From positions 390,001-422,000 of the forward strand of contig CP011211.1 of assembly GCA_001029695.1 (NCBI GenBank): a stretch of DNA of 32,000 nt, in the 5' to 3' direction. Positions 1 to 9,566 of this stretch are shown piece after piece. The first letter of the stretch is position 1, and each line of letters opens with the position of its first letter. The position numbers and the translations under genes were made by a program. The DNA is from Candidatus Saccharimonadota bacterium. GTDB taxonomy: Bacteria > Patescibacteriota > Saccharimonadia > Saccharimonadales > Saccharimonadaceae. Under the pieces are notes generated by a model. The model saw nothing but the letters and a program-made list of their open reading frames with translations, was not told the origin of the DNA and did no database searches.

Positions 1-549
1 GCCAACACCCTGCGATGCGTCACTATGAAGGTATATAGGTGTCACCTCGCCCACAGATAGTCGACGTTCACGCTCCTGCCTTATAACATCCGCAATGGTA
101 CGTAGCTGCTGTATCGTCCCAAGTTCATTGTTAGCAAGGGCGATACTTACCAGCTCCGTTTTCGGCGTGATTGCATCCGCAATTGACGCCACAGACACAC
201 TTCCCCGTTCATCAACCTCTACAATGGTATGTTCGCGCCGCTTCGCAGCCTGCAGAACCGCGTGATGCTCAATTGAGCAGGTAACGATATGTCCCGACAC
301 GCCACCAAACGCAAGGTTAATCGACTCGGTAGCACCTGCGGTCATGATCAGTTCATCTGCCTTTGCGCCAATAGACTGCGCAATCACCGCTTTGGCATGT
401 TCGTAATCATTCCGTACAGCAATAGCGGGCGCGTAGGGACTCGATGGATTATAGAATTGTTCAGAATAGTACGGAAGCATTGCCTCAAGTACACGCTTAT
501 CAACGGGCGTGGCTGCAGCATGATCAAGATAGATAACTTCGTTTGGCAT
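1..549 (-). CDS. cysteine desulfurase (class V aminotransferase, NifS/IscS-like), N-terminal part; 3' end lies beyond window start
   Basis: My own minus-strand translation from ATG 549-547 gives MPNEVIYLDHAAATPVDKRVLEAMLPYYSEQFYNPSSPY...ELIMTAGATESINLA...YLHSDASQGVG. This is a typical NifS/IscS N-terminus. It is absent from the ORF track because it is open at the window edge. Confidence 0.8.
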   Translation of the reverse strand, partial: MPNEVIYLDHAAATPVDKRVLEAMLPYYSEQFYNPSSPYAPAIAVRNDYEHAKAVIAQSIGAKADELIMTAGATESINLAFGGVSGHIVTCSIEHHAVLQAAKRREHTIVEVDERGSVSVASIADAITPKTELVSIALANNELGTIQQLRTIADVIRQERERRLSVGEVTPIYLHSDASQGVG

Positions 550-559
550 TACTTGTCTT

Positions 560-565
560 ATTATA
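560..565 (-). promoter_or_regulatory. -10 box TATAAT 10 nt upstream of the desulfurase ATG (short or no leader)
   Basis: The minus strand reads TTGCTATAATaagacaagtaATG. There is no Shine-Dalgarno motif in the 10-nt gap. Confidence 0.4.
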
Positions 566-576
566 GCAATAAATTA

Positions 577-1020
577 CTAAACGAGGCTCTGTCCCGTCGC
601 AGGATCTCGTTTATAAATCTCTCGAGCGACTCGCTCATAATAAAGACGTGTTGCAACTAAAAAGTTTTTTAGTTCATCTCCTTCGATAAAATTGTATCGA
701 GCGCCCTCTTGTACTTTCAAAATACCATTTGGGTGGATCTCATAGCGAGTTGTCGTACTACGCTTTTTATTTAAATGATCAGACCACTCCTCGTACCAAA
801 TCCAGGTACTGCGATCGAGATTAAAAAACTGTCTGTGATGCCCTTTTGGAATTTCACCAAAAAGCGTTGCACCAATTTCGCTTTCAAGCTGAATAAGCTC
901 ACGTGTAGTGAGTTTTCGAAATGGTCGTGATTTTTTAGGAAGCGAGATCGTAGGTACTGAAATAGCGTCGGGTTCGCTGCCGACAAGAAGTTCGTAGGCT
1001 TTTTTCAGTAGGTCAGGCAC
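577..1020 (-). CDS. hypothetical protein, 147 aa, basic, Trp-rich core (STWIWYEEWSDH)
   Basis: ORF track entry. The GTG start at 1020 directly abuts the TAG stop (1021-1023) of the upstream ORF on the same strand. I recognise no family. Confidence 0.6.
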   Translation of the reverse strand: MPDLLKKAYELLVGSEPDAISVPTISLPKKSRPFRKLTTRELIQLESEIGATLFGEIPKGHHRQFFNLDRSTWIWYEEWSDHLNKKRSTTTRYEIHPNGILKVQEGARYNFIEGDELKNFLVATRLYYERVAREIYKRDPATGQSLV

Positions 1021-1449
1021 CTACTGCGCCCCACTGACAAGATCGTGCTGTTCGCGAAAAAGTGCGACTCTATCTCCAATATTAAGAAGCGCCTCAAGCT
1101 GCTGCATGTCTGCGGCACGTTGCTCCGGAGATGTACTGAGTTGCTCATGAACATCTTCTCGTGCTTGCTTCTGCGCGTCAGAGTAACTCGTATCTTCCAG
1201 ACGACCCAAAAGAGGTTCATTGCCAATAATTTCATAAAAATCATCGTCACCCACTGATTGTGGAGTGGTGATATGGTCGACATTTTGCTGCGGCGCCAGT
1301 GTATCAATATGACGATCTAGCATCGTCTGTTGACGTAGCTGTTCCAGGTTTGCGTCGACATTCTCAAGCGTCGTTGGATACACGAAGACATTCGGCTGGG
1401 TGTGGCCGTTTTGATCATAGGATGGTGGTGTGGCGTAAGCTACAGACAT
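1021..1449 (-). CDS. hypothetical protein, 142 aa, acidic and Gln-rich
   Basis: ORF track entry with an ATG start, same strand as its neighbours, and a stop adjacent to the next start. I recognise no family. Confidence 0.55.
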   Translation of the reverse strand: MSVAYATPPSYDQNGHTQPNVFVYPTTLENVDANLEQLRQQTMLDRHIDTLAPQQNVDHITTPQSVGDDDFYEIIGNEPLLGRLEDTSYSDAQKQAREDVHEQLSTSPEQRAADMQQLEALLNIGDRVALFREQHDLVSGAQ

Positions 1450-1500
1450 GACATAAATCTCTCATTAATTAAATGATCTTTTTGAAATGTATGTTTGTGT

Positions 1501-2256
1501 TTAGAGTGCGAATAACGCAGTGGCATTTGCAGATGTAGCGGTTGCGATTTCATCGAACTGCATACCCCGTATATCGGCATGGTGCTGTGCAACATACCTC
1601 ACAAATGCTGGCTCATTTACTTTACCACGCTTTGGCGTAGGCGTCAAGAATGGTGCATCGGTTTCAAGCAGAAGCCGCTCAACCGGAATTTGAGCAAACA
1701 TCGCTTTCTGCGACTCATCTTTCGTAAACGTACTGATACCATTTACACCGATATATAGCCCTCGAGCAAGTGCCTGTTCGAGATTTACTTGCGTATCCGT
1801 AAAACTATGCAGTTCACCGCGTATTCCATGAAAGTTATCAAAAACCGGCCAGAAATCATCAAACGCTTCACGAACATGAAAAATGATCGGTAATTTTGAC
1901 TCAAGTGCTGTATGAATTTGCGACTCAAGCGCTCGTAGCTGCACATCACGCGGACTATGAGTATAGAAATAATCGAGACCAATCTCTCCGATAGCGACAA
2001 GTTTCGAGCTACGTTTGACACGCGCCATCTCCTCGATCTGTGCATAGCCACCAGCAGTATCATGAGGATGCACACCTATACTTGCAAATAAATGCTCGTA
2101 CTTTTCCGCAAGCGTCACAGCCCACTCCGAACTCTGCTCATTTGTGCCGACACAGATCATCTTCTCAACATGCGCTTCTTGAGCATGCGCCAGCGCATCA
2201 CTGACCGGAATCTGATAGTCCTTCTCGTGAATATGGCAATGCGTATCGATCAGCAT
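1501..2256 (-). CDS. tatD: TatD-family metal-dependent hydrolase/DNase (YabD-like)
   Basis: Motifs MLIDTHCHIH (HxH metal site), GEIGLDY and LLLETDAPFLTP are present. I moved the start to ATG 2256, 1 nt after the metG stop at 2258-2260. The ORF-track start at 2343 would overlap metG by 86 nt. Confidence 0.85.
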   Translation of the reverse strand: MLIDTHCHIHEKDYQIPVSDALAHAQEAHVEKMICVGTNEQSSEWAVTLAEKYEHLFASIGVHPHDTAGGYAQIEEMARVKRSSKLVAIGEIGLDYFYTHSPRDVQLRALESQIHTALESKLPIIFHVREAFDDFWPVFDNFHGIRGELHSFTDTQVNLEQALARGLYIGVNGISTFTKDESQKAMFAQIPVERLLLETDAPFLTPTPKRGKVNEPAFVRYVAQHHADIRGMQFDEIATATSANATALFAL

Positions 2257-2257
2257 A

Positions 2258-3754
2258 CTATTCAGGCTTAGGGATGTTCTTTGCGCGAGGGTCTGGTGTA
2301 TGGAGATAGATTTTTGGAAACAACACGCCATCCTGAGGAACAATCACGCCAGATTCAAATGTCTTATGGATGATCTCAGCTGTATGGGGAAGAAACGGTA
2401 CGAGAAGATCACCGATCTGTAGCAAAGAGCCTACAGCCTGCGACAAAATCTCCGATAGATGCGCCTCAGCGTCGGTATCGGTATCGCGTCGCTTTGCAAC
2501 TTCCCACGGCTTAACACGCTCTAAGTATTGATTGAGGCTACGAACCGTTAGCCAAACTTCGTCGAGCGCAACGTTAAAATTGAGACTATCCATAGCTTGT
2601 CGATACGGCTTCATGTCATGCTCTGGTTGCGGCGCATCGCCAATCACACCAGCCTGGTAGCGACTAATCATACTCGATACACGCGACACAACATTACCGA
2701 GGTCATTACCTAGTTCGGTGTTATACGCGGTCTCAAACTTCTCCCACGTGAAATCCCCGTCATCTAGTGTCGGGATATGACGTGCAAAGAAGTAGCGAAA
2801 AGCGTCAAGTCCATACTGGTCAATCAGCTCATTTGGATCAACGACATTACCAATCGACTTGCTCATTTTGACATTGCCAACATTCACGAAACCATGTACA
2901 AGAAGCTTTTTGGGGAGCGGTAAATCAAGTCCCATCAGCATAGCTGGCCAGATACCAGCGTGGAAACGAAGAATATCTTTGCCGATGACCTGAACATCTG
3001 CAGGCCAATATTCCTGCCAGCCATCACGATCTGGGTACCCCAGCACTGTAATATAGTTTGCAAGCGCATCAATCCACACATACATGACTTGGTTCGGATC
3101 ACCTGGAACAGGCACGCCCCAACTCAAGTGTTTGTTTGGACGAGAAATACTTACATCTTGCAGGCCGTCTTTAATAAGCTCAAGGAATTCCTTTTTGCGA
3201 AACTCTGGCTCGATCTTCATCTTACCCGATTCGATCGCGTCGCGAATACGATCTGTAAATTCACTTGTCTTTAAGTAATAGTTATCTTCACTCAATCGTT
3301 GATAAGGCTGATTATGGTCTGGGCAGATACCGTTATTTGTCGCCGCTTCTTTGTCAGTGACAAACGCTTCACATCCTACGCAGTACCATCCCTCGTAAGT
3401 ACCCTTGTAAATATACGGCTGCAGTTTCTGCCAGATGTATTGCACTGCTGCGACATGATGATCATCGGTAGTACGCACAAAGTCAGTAAACTCTGCACCA
3501 ACCTTTGTCATGAGTTGCTGAAAATTACCATACATTTGATCAGTATAGGTTTTTGGATCGATGCCAGCTTCTTGTGCCTTTGCAGCTATCTTATTGCCAT
3601 GCTCATCCGTACCTACTTGAAAACGAACCTCATGTCCATTTTGCTTTTGGTAGCGTGCCCAAATATCTGCTAGTAAGTAGTCGAGCGCATTGCCGATATG
3701 CGGCTTAGCGTTGACGTACGGAATTGCAGTAGTGATGTATAAGTTTTTTCCCAT
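2258..3754 (-). CDS. metG: methionine--tRNA ligase
   Basis: Motifs TTAIPYVNAKPHIGN (HIGH-class motif), KMSKSIGN (KMSKS), WYCVGCEAF and CPDH knuckle. This is the short 498-aa MetRS form. Confidence 0.95.
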   Translation of the reverse strand: MGKNLYITTAIPYVNAKPHIGNALDYLLADIWARYQKQNGHEVRFQVGTDEHGNKIAAKAQEAGIDPKTYTDQMYGNFQQLMTKVGAEFTDFVRTTDDHHVAAVQYIWQKLQPYIYKGTYEGWYCVGCEAFVTDKEAATNNGICPDHNQPYQRLSEDNYYLKTSEFTDRIRDAIESGKMKIEPEFRKKEFLELIKDGLQDVSISRPNKHLSWGVPVPGDPNQVMYVWIDALANYITVLGYPDRDGWQEYWPADVQVIGKDILRFHAGIWPAMLMGLDLPLPKKLLVHGFVNVGNVKMSKSIGNVVDPNELIDQYGLDAFRYFFARHIPTLDDGDFTWEKFETAYNTELGNDLGNVVSRVSSMISRYQAGVIGDAPQPEHDMKPYRQAMDSLNFNVALDEVWLTVRSLNQYLERVKPWEVAKRRDTDTDAEAHLSEILSQAVGSLLQIGDLLVPFLPHTAEIIHKTFESGVIVPQDGVLFPKIYLHTPDPRAKNIPKPE

Positions 3755-3762
3755 TGTACACT

Positions 3763-3771
3763 ATTATAACA
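3763..3771 (-). promoter_or_regulatory. extended -10 promoter TGTTATAAT, 8 nt upstream of the metG ATG (leaderless architecture)
   Basis: The minus strand reads cTGTTATAATagtgtacaATG. It matches the TGnTATAAT consensus exactly and has no SD. Confidence 0.55.
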
Positions 3772-3788
3772 GAGATAAAATGTCTACG

Positions 3789-4565
3789 CTACGCGTTAAC
3801 AATCTTGGCAAGACGATACCAATCGTCAAGGTCTAATTCTTCCGCTCGACTATCCGGACTGATAGCTGCTTTTTCAAGTAATTGCTCAGCGTCTTGCTTA
3901 CTGATCGAAAGCCCGCCCGAAAGTGAAGAGCGTAGCTTTTTACGCTTTGCACTAAAGCCAGCCTTCACTACTCTAAAGAATTCACTCTCAGATATATCAG
4001 TAAAAAGAGGTGTTGTGCGAGTACGGAGCACGACGACTCGACTATCAACCTTCGGTGGTGGTGTAAACAACTTTGCTGGAACGATATCACCGAGCGTCAC
4101 TTCGGCAAATAATTGAGCGCTCACGGCAAGAATACTCATATCACCAGGAGCAGCTGCGAGACGCTCAGCAACCTCTTTCTGCACGAGCAGTACCGCAACA
4201 GAAGGCTTATTGCTCGCTGTCATCAGACTTTTGACTATTTTACTCGTGATGTAATATGGTACGTTCGCAACAACCTTATAGCCAGCTGGGAGTGTCGAAT
4301 AATCGAATGATAGTATATCGCTCTCAATCACTTCGAGATTCTTACCAGGAAATTGACCAGGTAACTTGCGGGCGAGTTCTCTATCAAACTCAACAGCAAT
4401 CACTTTCTGACTACGACGAAGTAGCTCGCTTGTAAGCGTTCCTAGCCCTGGACCAATTTCAAGTACTGTATCATCAGCGGCCAATTCAGCGCAATCGGCA
4501 ATGTGAGAAAGAACACTACGATCATGAAGCCAATGCTGACCCAAAGATTTGTTTGGACCTGCCAT
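3789..4565 (-). CDS. rsmA: 16S rRNA (adenine1518/1519-N6)-dimethyltransferase
   Basis: Motifs LGQHWLHD, VLEIGPGLGTLT (SAM motif I) and ANVPYYITS. The ATG overlaps the TAA of the upstream gene (TAATG at 4563-4567). Confidence 0.93.
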   Translation of the reverse strand: MAGPNKSLGQHWLHDRSVLSHIADCAELAADDTVLEIGPGLGTLTSELLRRSQKVIAVEFDRELARKLPGQFPGKNLEVIESDILSFDYSTLPAGYKVVANVPYYITSKIVKSLMTASNKPSVAVLLVQKEVAERLAAAPGDMSILAVSAQLFAEVTLGDIVPAKLFTPPPKVDSRVVVLRTRTTPLFTDISESEFFRVVKAGFSAKRKKLRSSLSGGLSISKQDAEQLLEKAAISPDSRAEELDLDDWYRLAKIVNA

Positions 4566-5719
4566 TATCTGTAAATATCCTGCAATCCTTGGCTATTTTT
4601 ACATGATGGCCACGGCTGCCAACCTCGTCGCTGGTACGTCTCCCATGCTTTTTGGTCTTGCACAGCTGCAGGCGCATCGCTTGCAACTGCGAAACCACCA
4701 TAACCGCCCCAGGTCTGTTTATCGAATTGATACGCGCCGTAGTAGCCATTGCCAGTATTGGAGGTATAGCTTCCCTCACAGCTACGTAACCGAGCCAGCG
4801 CTTCAGCAAAACTACCACTAAACGTATTGGTCATCTTTGCGCCGACAATCTCAATCTGCTTCTTAGGTTGCGTCGTAACGACACTTTGAATTTCCTTACG
4901 TGCCACTTCCTTGCCATTCTTCATCTCAACTTCATAGCTAACAGACTTCTTGCCCTTCACTCCAGGAGTTTTCACTTCTTTAAAGCCAATCTCCCTATCG
5001 GCATCTTGAATTTTTTCAGTTTCAAACGCAATATCCTGCTCTTCAGTAATCGTCTGTTTGCCATTACGCCAAATCTCAACAATCATACCCTCGGTAAGTG
5101 GGTCTGATTTTTTTACCGATACCGTGTCGTCTTCAGCAATAGTAATCTTCTTTTCTGCAAGCATCTCGCCAACAGTCTTCTTCTGAGTATAGACAGTCGT
5201 TTTTTCACCATACAAGACAAGAGTGAATGATGTGGCGCGTGCAATAAGCAGCTCAACTCCCGCGCCCTCTTCGACGACGTCTCGAACAGGCTGAACAGAG
5301 GTCTTATCTTCATCATGAAGTGTAATGCCCGCATCACTTGCAATCTTTTCGGGAGTCTGGCCTGCAGTCATAATCTTCTGACGCACCATACCGTCGGTGA
5401 CGATAACTGGACGAGCTCGATAAATGTTAACTGTGTAATCAGTTGCAACAAGCTTCTCATCAAGACCCGGTTCTACGATGTCATTCTTATCAAAACGGAT
5501 CCCAGCTTCACGAGCTGCCGCCTGAACAGTGTCGCTTTTTGTAACGATAACTCGCTGTGCACCGCGGTCATGGAAGGTGACCAAACGCCCATCACGCGTG
5601 GCAGTTTCATCAGCAGCACCGGCACGGCTGATATAAAATAACGCAAACAGCGCCGCAAGAACGACGCTTATAATCACGATAAACCCTACAGGGGTTTTTG
5701 GACGAGATAAAATCTTCAT
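4565..5719 (-). CDS. membrane-anchored cell-wall protein with DUF348-like repeats, a G5-like region and a C-terminal Rpf/transglycosylase-like domain (RpfB/YabE-like)
   Basis: N-terminal TM segment (GFIVIISVVLAALFALFYI). The C-terminus reads CEGSYTSNTGNGYYGAYQFDKQTWGGYGG...GWQPWPSC, which matches the resuscitation-promoting-factor lytic transglycosylase motif. Confidence 0.8.
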   Translation of the reverse strand: MKILSRPKTPVGFIVIISVVLAALFALFYISRAGAADETATRDGRLVTFHDRGAQRVIVTKSDTVQAAAREAGIRFDKNDIVEPGLDEKLVATDYTVNIYRARPVIVTDGMVRQKIMTAGQTPEKIASDAGITLHDEDKTSVQPVRDVVEEGAGVELLIARATSFTLVLYGEKTTVYTQKKTVGEMLAEKKITIAEDDTVSVKKSDPLTEGMIVEIWRNGKQTITEEQDIAFETEKIQDADREIGFKEVKTPGVKGKKSVSYEVEMKNGKEVARKEIQSVVTTQPKKQIEIVGAKMTNTFSGSFAEALARLRSCEGSYTSNTGNGYYGAYQFDKQTWGGYGGFAVASDAPAAVQDQKAWETYQRRGWQPWPSCKNSQGLQDIYR

Positions 5720-5773
5720 GTATTTAGTAAGTGCACCTCAAGTGTGACTCGTATTAGTATAGCAAATAGCGCT

Positions 5774-6247
5774 CTATTTGGGCAACTTATCTAGGGCAAT
5801 CTTTGTCACTGCTGACAGATACGCAGGGAGAGCATCAAGCTCAGCCCACTGCATCTGAGCAATCTCAATAGAGTTTAGTCGCAATGCTTTGAGCTGCTGC
5901 TCATTCATCATAGTCCAATAAAGATACACGTCGTACGGTCGATCTGGTCGACTTCTTTCAAAATAACCCAACTCGTACACTGCACCTTCCTCCACTTCAA
6001 GACCTGTCTCCTCGCGTAGTTCGCGAATCGCAGCCGCCCGGGGCAGCTCATCTTTCTCGATACCCCCGCCTGGAAGTGACCAGCCGCCTCGCGAGACCAC
6101 ACCCTTAACAAGCATCACTTCACGGTTGCTATTTAAGACAACGATACGAGCGCGTTTCTGTCCCGTCACTCGCGTCTGTAGACCGAGCAGTGCGATTACT
6201 GCTGGACTCATTATCTTTCCAGCTTTGAGGTATATCTGACGGATCAT
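5774..6247 (-). CDS. Nudix hydrolase
   Basis: Nudix box [27 protein letters not shown] 6247 overlaps the helicase stop (ATGA at 6244-6247). An alternative start at 6211 (MSPAV) is possible. Confidence 0.85.
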   Translation of the reverse strand: MIRQIYLKAGKIMSPAVIALLGLQTRVTGQKRARIVVLNSNREVMLVKGVVSRGGWSLPGGGIEKDELPRAAAIRELREETGLEVEEGAVYELGYFERSRPDRPYDVYLYWTMMNEQQLKALRLNSIEIAQMQWAELDALPAYLSAVTKIALDKLPK

Positions 6248-8349
6248 AGCTTCTCCAAGTGAGCATACTCAGCGTTTAGCTTCTTTGTAATTCCATCGTC
6301 AAAGGTGATAGTCACCGCTAAACCTTCGATATCAACCACCTCGCCCTTACCGAAAGCCGCTGTTCGCACACGGTCACCAATCTCAAGCGACAGTTCATCA
6401 CTGTAGTAATCAGGTTCTGCATGCACGATCGGCTCATCAATAGCCGCCAACTGATCACCCATATCCGCAATGAATCTTGAGACATCATTGTATCCACGCT
6501 GTCCAAATTGCAACCGACTCTGAGCATAGCTTAAATGCAGTTCTTCCCGCGCACGAGTCATGCCGACGTAACATAGCCGACGCTCCTCCTCGAGCTCACT
6601 GGGACCCGATTCATACACTCGTGAATGTGGAAATATCCCCTCCTCCATGCCAACCATAAATACCACAGGAAACTCAAGCCCTTTTGCAGCATGAATCGTC
6701 ATAAGCGTTACCTTATCGGAGCCAGCCGACGTGTCCGCACTCGAGACAAGTGCCACCTCTTCAAGAAATTCAGGTAAGTCGACAAATACTTGCACCTCCG
6801 AGATCAACGCACCGACGTTGGCTTCACGCTCCTCAGCTTGCGGCGTTCCATCCAGAAGATAGCTTCGATAATTTGTCAGAGCAAGAAGTTTTTCAATGAT
6901 GTCCGCAGGGGTCGCATTGCTCTTTACCATCGCCTGTAAAATGCGCATCTTTTCACCAAACTCCTTAAAAGCAATGCGTGCGCGTGGCGTTAAAGATGTT
7001 GTCTGATCGGCATTTGTGAGCGCTGCAATAATATCCATCTGTGACCCAGATTGCCAGACCAGAAACTTCTCCAAACTCGTGGCACCAATTCCACGACCGG
7101 GAATATTTGCGATACGACTAAAACTCATTCGATCATTTGGCTGATAGATAAGCCGTAGATAAGCGATAATGTCTCTGATTTCTTTACGATCATAAAACCT
7201 CACCCCACCAACTAGTTGATACGGAACACGCTGCAGGCGAAGTGCACGCTCGAGGGTATAACTCTGCGCATTAGTGCGGTACAGTACCGCAAAATCACCA
7301 TACGTTCTTGCGCCCATGCTGACATGCGATGCAATGCGTCCAGCTACTAAGCTTGCTTCTTCAGCTTCGTCATACGTCCCTTGTACTTGCACGGGAGAAC
7401 CGTCGCCGAGATCAGTCCATAGTTTCTTGTCTGTGCGCTGAATATTCTTGGCGATAACATTATTTGCTGCCTCCAAAATAGCGCCCGTACTACGATAATT
7501 TTGCTCCAGCTTAATAACCTTAGTGCCAGGAAAGTCCCGCTCAAAGTTTAGGATGTTCGTAAAGTCAGCACCACGCCAACTATAGATCGACTGCCAGTCA
7601 TCCCCCACAACACAAATATTACGCTCTTCATTGACGAGGCTTTTTACAATAGCGTACTGAGCAGCATTTGTATCCTGATACTCGTCAATTAAAATATGCT
7701 TGAACGTATCGCGCCACTTTTTCTTTACTTCAGGTTTTTCATTAAATAAACGCACCGTTTCAATCAGTAAGTCGTCAAAATCAAGCGCCCCTGCATCGCT
7801 CCGCAGCTTTTCATATCGAGCATAGATATCTGCGACACTTTGCTCAAATGGATATTTCGCACTAAGCATCATGTCTTCTGGCGTTCTTAGCTCATTTTTT
7901 GCATTTGAAATCGCGCTACTCACGGCCCTTGCCTTGATCTGCTTATCACTGATTGAAAGCTGCTTCATAGCCTGCTTGATCAATCCTTGACGATCATCTT
8001 CGTCATATATAACAAAGTTTGCCGCGATACCTATCGACTGGCCATCGATTCGAAGAAGACGGACGCATATGCCGTGAAATGTCCCCATCCATGGCATAAA
8101 ATGACGTGACTGCGCATCTTTACCAAGAAGATGACCCAGGCGTTCTCGCATCTCTTTTGCAGCCTTATTCGTAAATGTCACTGCTAAGATTTCGTTTGGC
8201 CACACCGCCTGCTGCTGCACGAGGTAGGCGATACGATGCGTCAGTGTTTTTGTCTTGCCGCTTCCTGCTCCAGCTAAGATAAGCAAAGGCCCAGACGTTG
8301 TTGTAACCGCCGAACTTTGGGCGGGATTTAAACCTTGTAGTTGATCCAT
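6244..8349 (-). CDS. pcrA: ATP-dependent DNA helicase, UvrD/PcrA family
   Basis: Motifs AGAGSGKT (Walker A), [10 protein letters not shown] (motif II), [19 protein letters not shown] and [10 protein letters not shown], plus a C-terminal Tudor-like tail [15 protein letters not shown]. Confidence 0.93.
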   Translation of the reverse strand: MDQLQGLNPAQSSAVTTTSGPLLILAGAGSGKTKTLTHRIAYLVQQQAVWPNEILAVTFTNKAAKEMRERLGHLLGKDAQSRHFMPWMGTFHGICVRLLRIDGQSIGIAANFVIYDEDDRQGLIKQAMKQLSISDKQIKARAVSSAISNAKNELRTPEDMMLSAKYPFEQSVADIYARYEKLRSDAGALDFDDLLIETVRLFNEKPEVKKKWRDTFKHILIDEYQDTNAAQYAIVKSLVNEERNICVVGDDWQSIYSWRGADFTNILNFERDFPGTKVIKLEQNYRSTGAILEAANNVIAKNIQRTDKKLWTDLGDGSPVQVQGTYDEAEEASLVAGRIASHVSMGARTYGDFAVLYRTNAQSYTLERALRLQRVPYQLVGGVRFYDRKEIRDIIAYLRLIYQPNDRMSFSRIANIPGRGIGATSLEKFLVWQSGSQMDIIAALTNADQTTSLTPRARIAFKEFGEKMRILQAMVKSNATPADIIEKLLALTNYRSYLLDGTPQAEEREANVGALISEVQVFVDLPEFLEEVALVSSADTSAGSDKVTLMTIHAAKGLEFPVVFMVGMEEGIFPHSRVYESGPSELEEERRLCYVGMTRAREELHLSYAQSRLQFGQRGYNDVSRFIADMGDQLAAIDEPIVHAEPDYYSDELSLEIGDRVRTAAFGKGEVVDIEGLAVTITFDDGITKKLNAEYAHLEKL

Positions 8350-8356
8350 TACCTTT

Positions 8357-8362
8357 AGTATA
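8357..8362 (-). promoter_or_regulatory. -10 box TATACT 7 nt upstream of the helicase ATG
   Basis: The minus strand reads cggTTATACTaaaggtaATG. Confidence 0.35.
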
Positions 8363-8399
8363 ACCGAGTTACAAAGGCGACGCTAGCAAAGACAGTGCT

Positions 8400-9560
8400 T
8401 TATTTCAGTAGTAGGTATGTTGCAGCGCCGATGCCGCCACATACTGCCATAATAACAATAGTAATGATAATCCATAGCCATCCTGAAGATTTTTTCGCAG
8501 GATGCTTGAGCGGTGCATGGTATTCTTTGACATCATAAATCGCGCCCGTATTTTCAACGACATCAGAAGACGAAGCCTTCTGTGTATTTTTCGCCGATGG
8601 TGATGTGACCTGAGGAGCAGGAGTCACTTCCGTAGACTTTAGTTGCGTAGTTTCAATAGTGAGTAGATCGTTGTTGAACTCATCAGGTATGATTGATGCC
8701 TCACCAGTACTAGGGTTTAGCTGCATATCTTCACCGCCATCTTTCGAGGCATCAGGCCACATGGCGACTTCTTGCGCGCCACCGGTAGCTTCCTCGGAAG
8801 TATTAGCGCCTCCAAGAGGACGTTTCTCTACTTTTGCATCAGTCAAAAAAGGTGAGACGATTGGACCAGTCGCTTCCTCGGGCATACTTTTCTGCGAGAT
8901 AACAGGAGATGCATCTACTACCGCACTCGCCTCAACAGCCACTGGTACGAAAGGGTTTACTGAAGTCTGTGGGATTGCTACCTCGGGTGCCTTAGTCGGT
9001 GCCGAATCAGAGCGGAGCTCTGGAGTTGCAGTATCGCTCAACACGGCTTCTGGCGAAAATTGCTCTTCAGCTGCCGCAGTAAGCGGGCTGACGCTTGCTA
9101 TTGGCGTCGCGGTAGCTTGCGGCTGTCGAGGTGGAACCGACAAAGCAGGACTACTGTCACCTGATGAGACTGAAGCTGTTTTCATATCAGATGAAGGGTG
9201 CATGACGTCCATAAAGCGCCCACTCCGCTTAACCGAAGCCTGCCCTCGGGCATCCTCTATAGTTTCGTTACCGATGCGACGTGCGGCTGCATTAATCTTC
9301 TCGTATGAAGGTAGCTCGCCTGGCGCGAGCGTAGAATTAAGTTCTGTTTTATTGATAGCAGTTGGATCAAGTGCCTCACTACCAATTTTCTGAGCCGCTT
9401 CTCCAAGTTTGTTATACTCTGGAGTCTCATTAGGAGCAAGAGTTGCGTTGATCGTGAGTGTCTTGGCGGGATCAGATCCATCTGAGATCTTAGCCGCTTT
9501 CATACCACCCATAAGAGAGTTTACCGCTTTATCAAGTTCATCAAAGTCAAACTCAGTCAT
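8400..9560 (-). CDS. hypothetical low-complexity (Ser/Pro/Ala/Thr-rich) protein with a single C-terminal TM anchor
   Basis: 386-aa ORF with an acidic N-terminus (MTEFDFDELDK) and an internal ~37-aa duplication: TLAPNETPEYNKLGEAAQKIGSEAL versus TLAPGELPSYEKINAAARRIGNETI. The C-terminal TM segment is WLWIIITIVIMAVCGGIGAATYLLL. Confidence 0.65.
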   Translation of the reverse strand: MTEFDFDELDKAVNSLMGGMKAAKISDGSDPAKTLTINATLAPNETPEYNKLGEAAQKIGSEALDPTAINKTELNSTLAPGELPSYEKINAAARRIGNETIEDARGQASVKRSGRFMDVMHPSSDMKTASVSSGDSSPALSVPPRQPQATATPIASVSPLTAAAEEQFSPEAVLSDTATPELRSDSAPTKAPEVAIPQTSVNPFVPVAVEASAVVDASPVISQKSMPEEATGPIVSPFLTDAKVEKRPLGGANTSEEATGGAQEVAMWPDASKDGGEDMQLNPSTGEASIIPDEFNNDLLTIETTQLKSTEVTPAPQVTSPSAKNTQKASSSDVVENTGAIYDVKEYHAPLKHPAKKSSGWLWIIITIVIMAVCGGIGAATYLLLK

Positions 9561-9566
9561 AGCTGT

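Noticed and set aside
289-660. 123-aa plus-strand ORF from the track
   Set aside because: It lies antisense to a clearly recognisable cysteine desulfurase N-terminus (minus strand, ATG at 549) and spans its promoter region. The sequence is odd and Cys/Arg-rich, so it is a shadow ORF.
1501-2343. Long 280-aa version of the TatD ORF
   Set aside because: The first 29 codons overlap the metG 3' end and do not resemble TatD. The conserved MLIDTHCH begins at ATG 2256, 1 nt after the metG stop.
8659-9393. 244-aa plus-strand ORF
   Set aside because: It is antisense to the 386-aa low-complexity gene. It is Ser/Ala/Gly-rich with no start context, whereas the minus-strand ORF has a plausible N-terminus and a C-terminal TM anchor and matches the strand of its neighbours.
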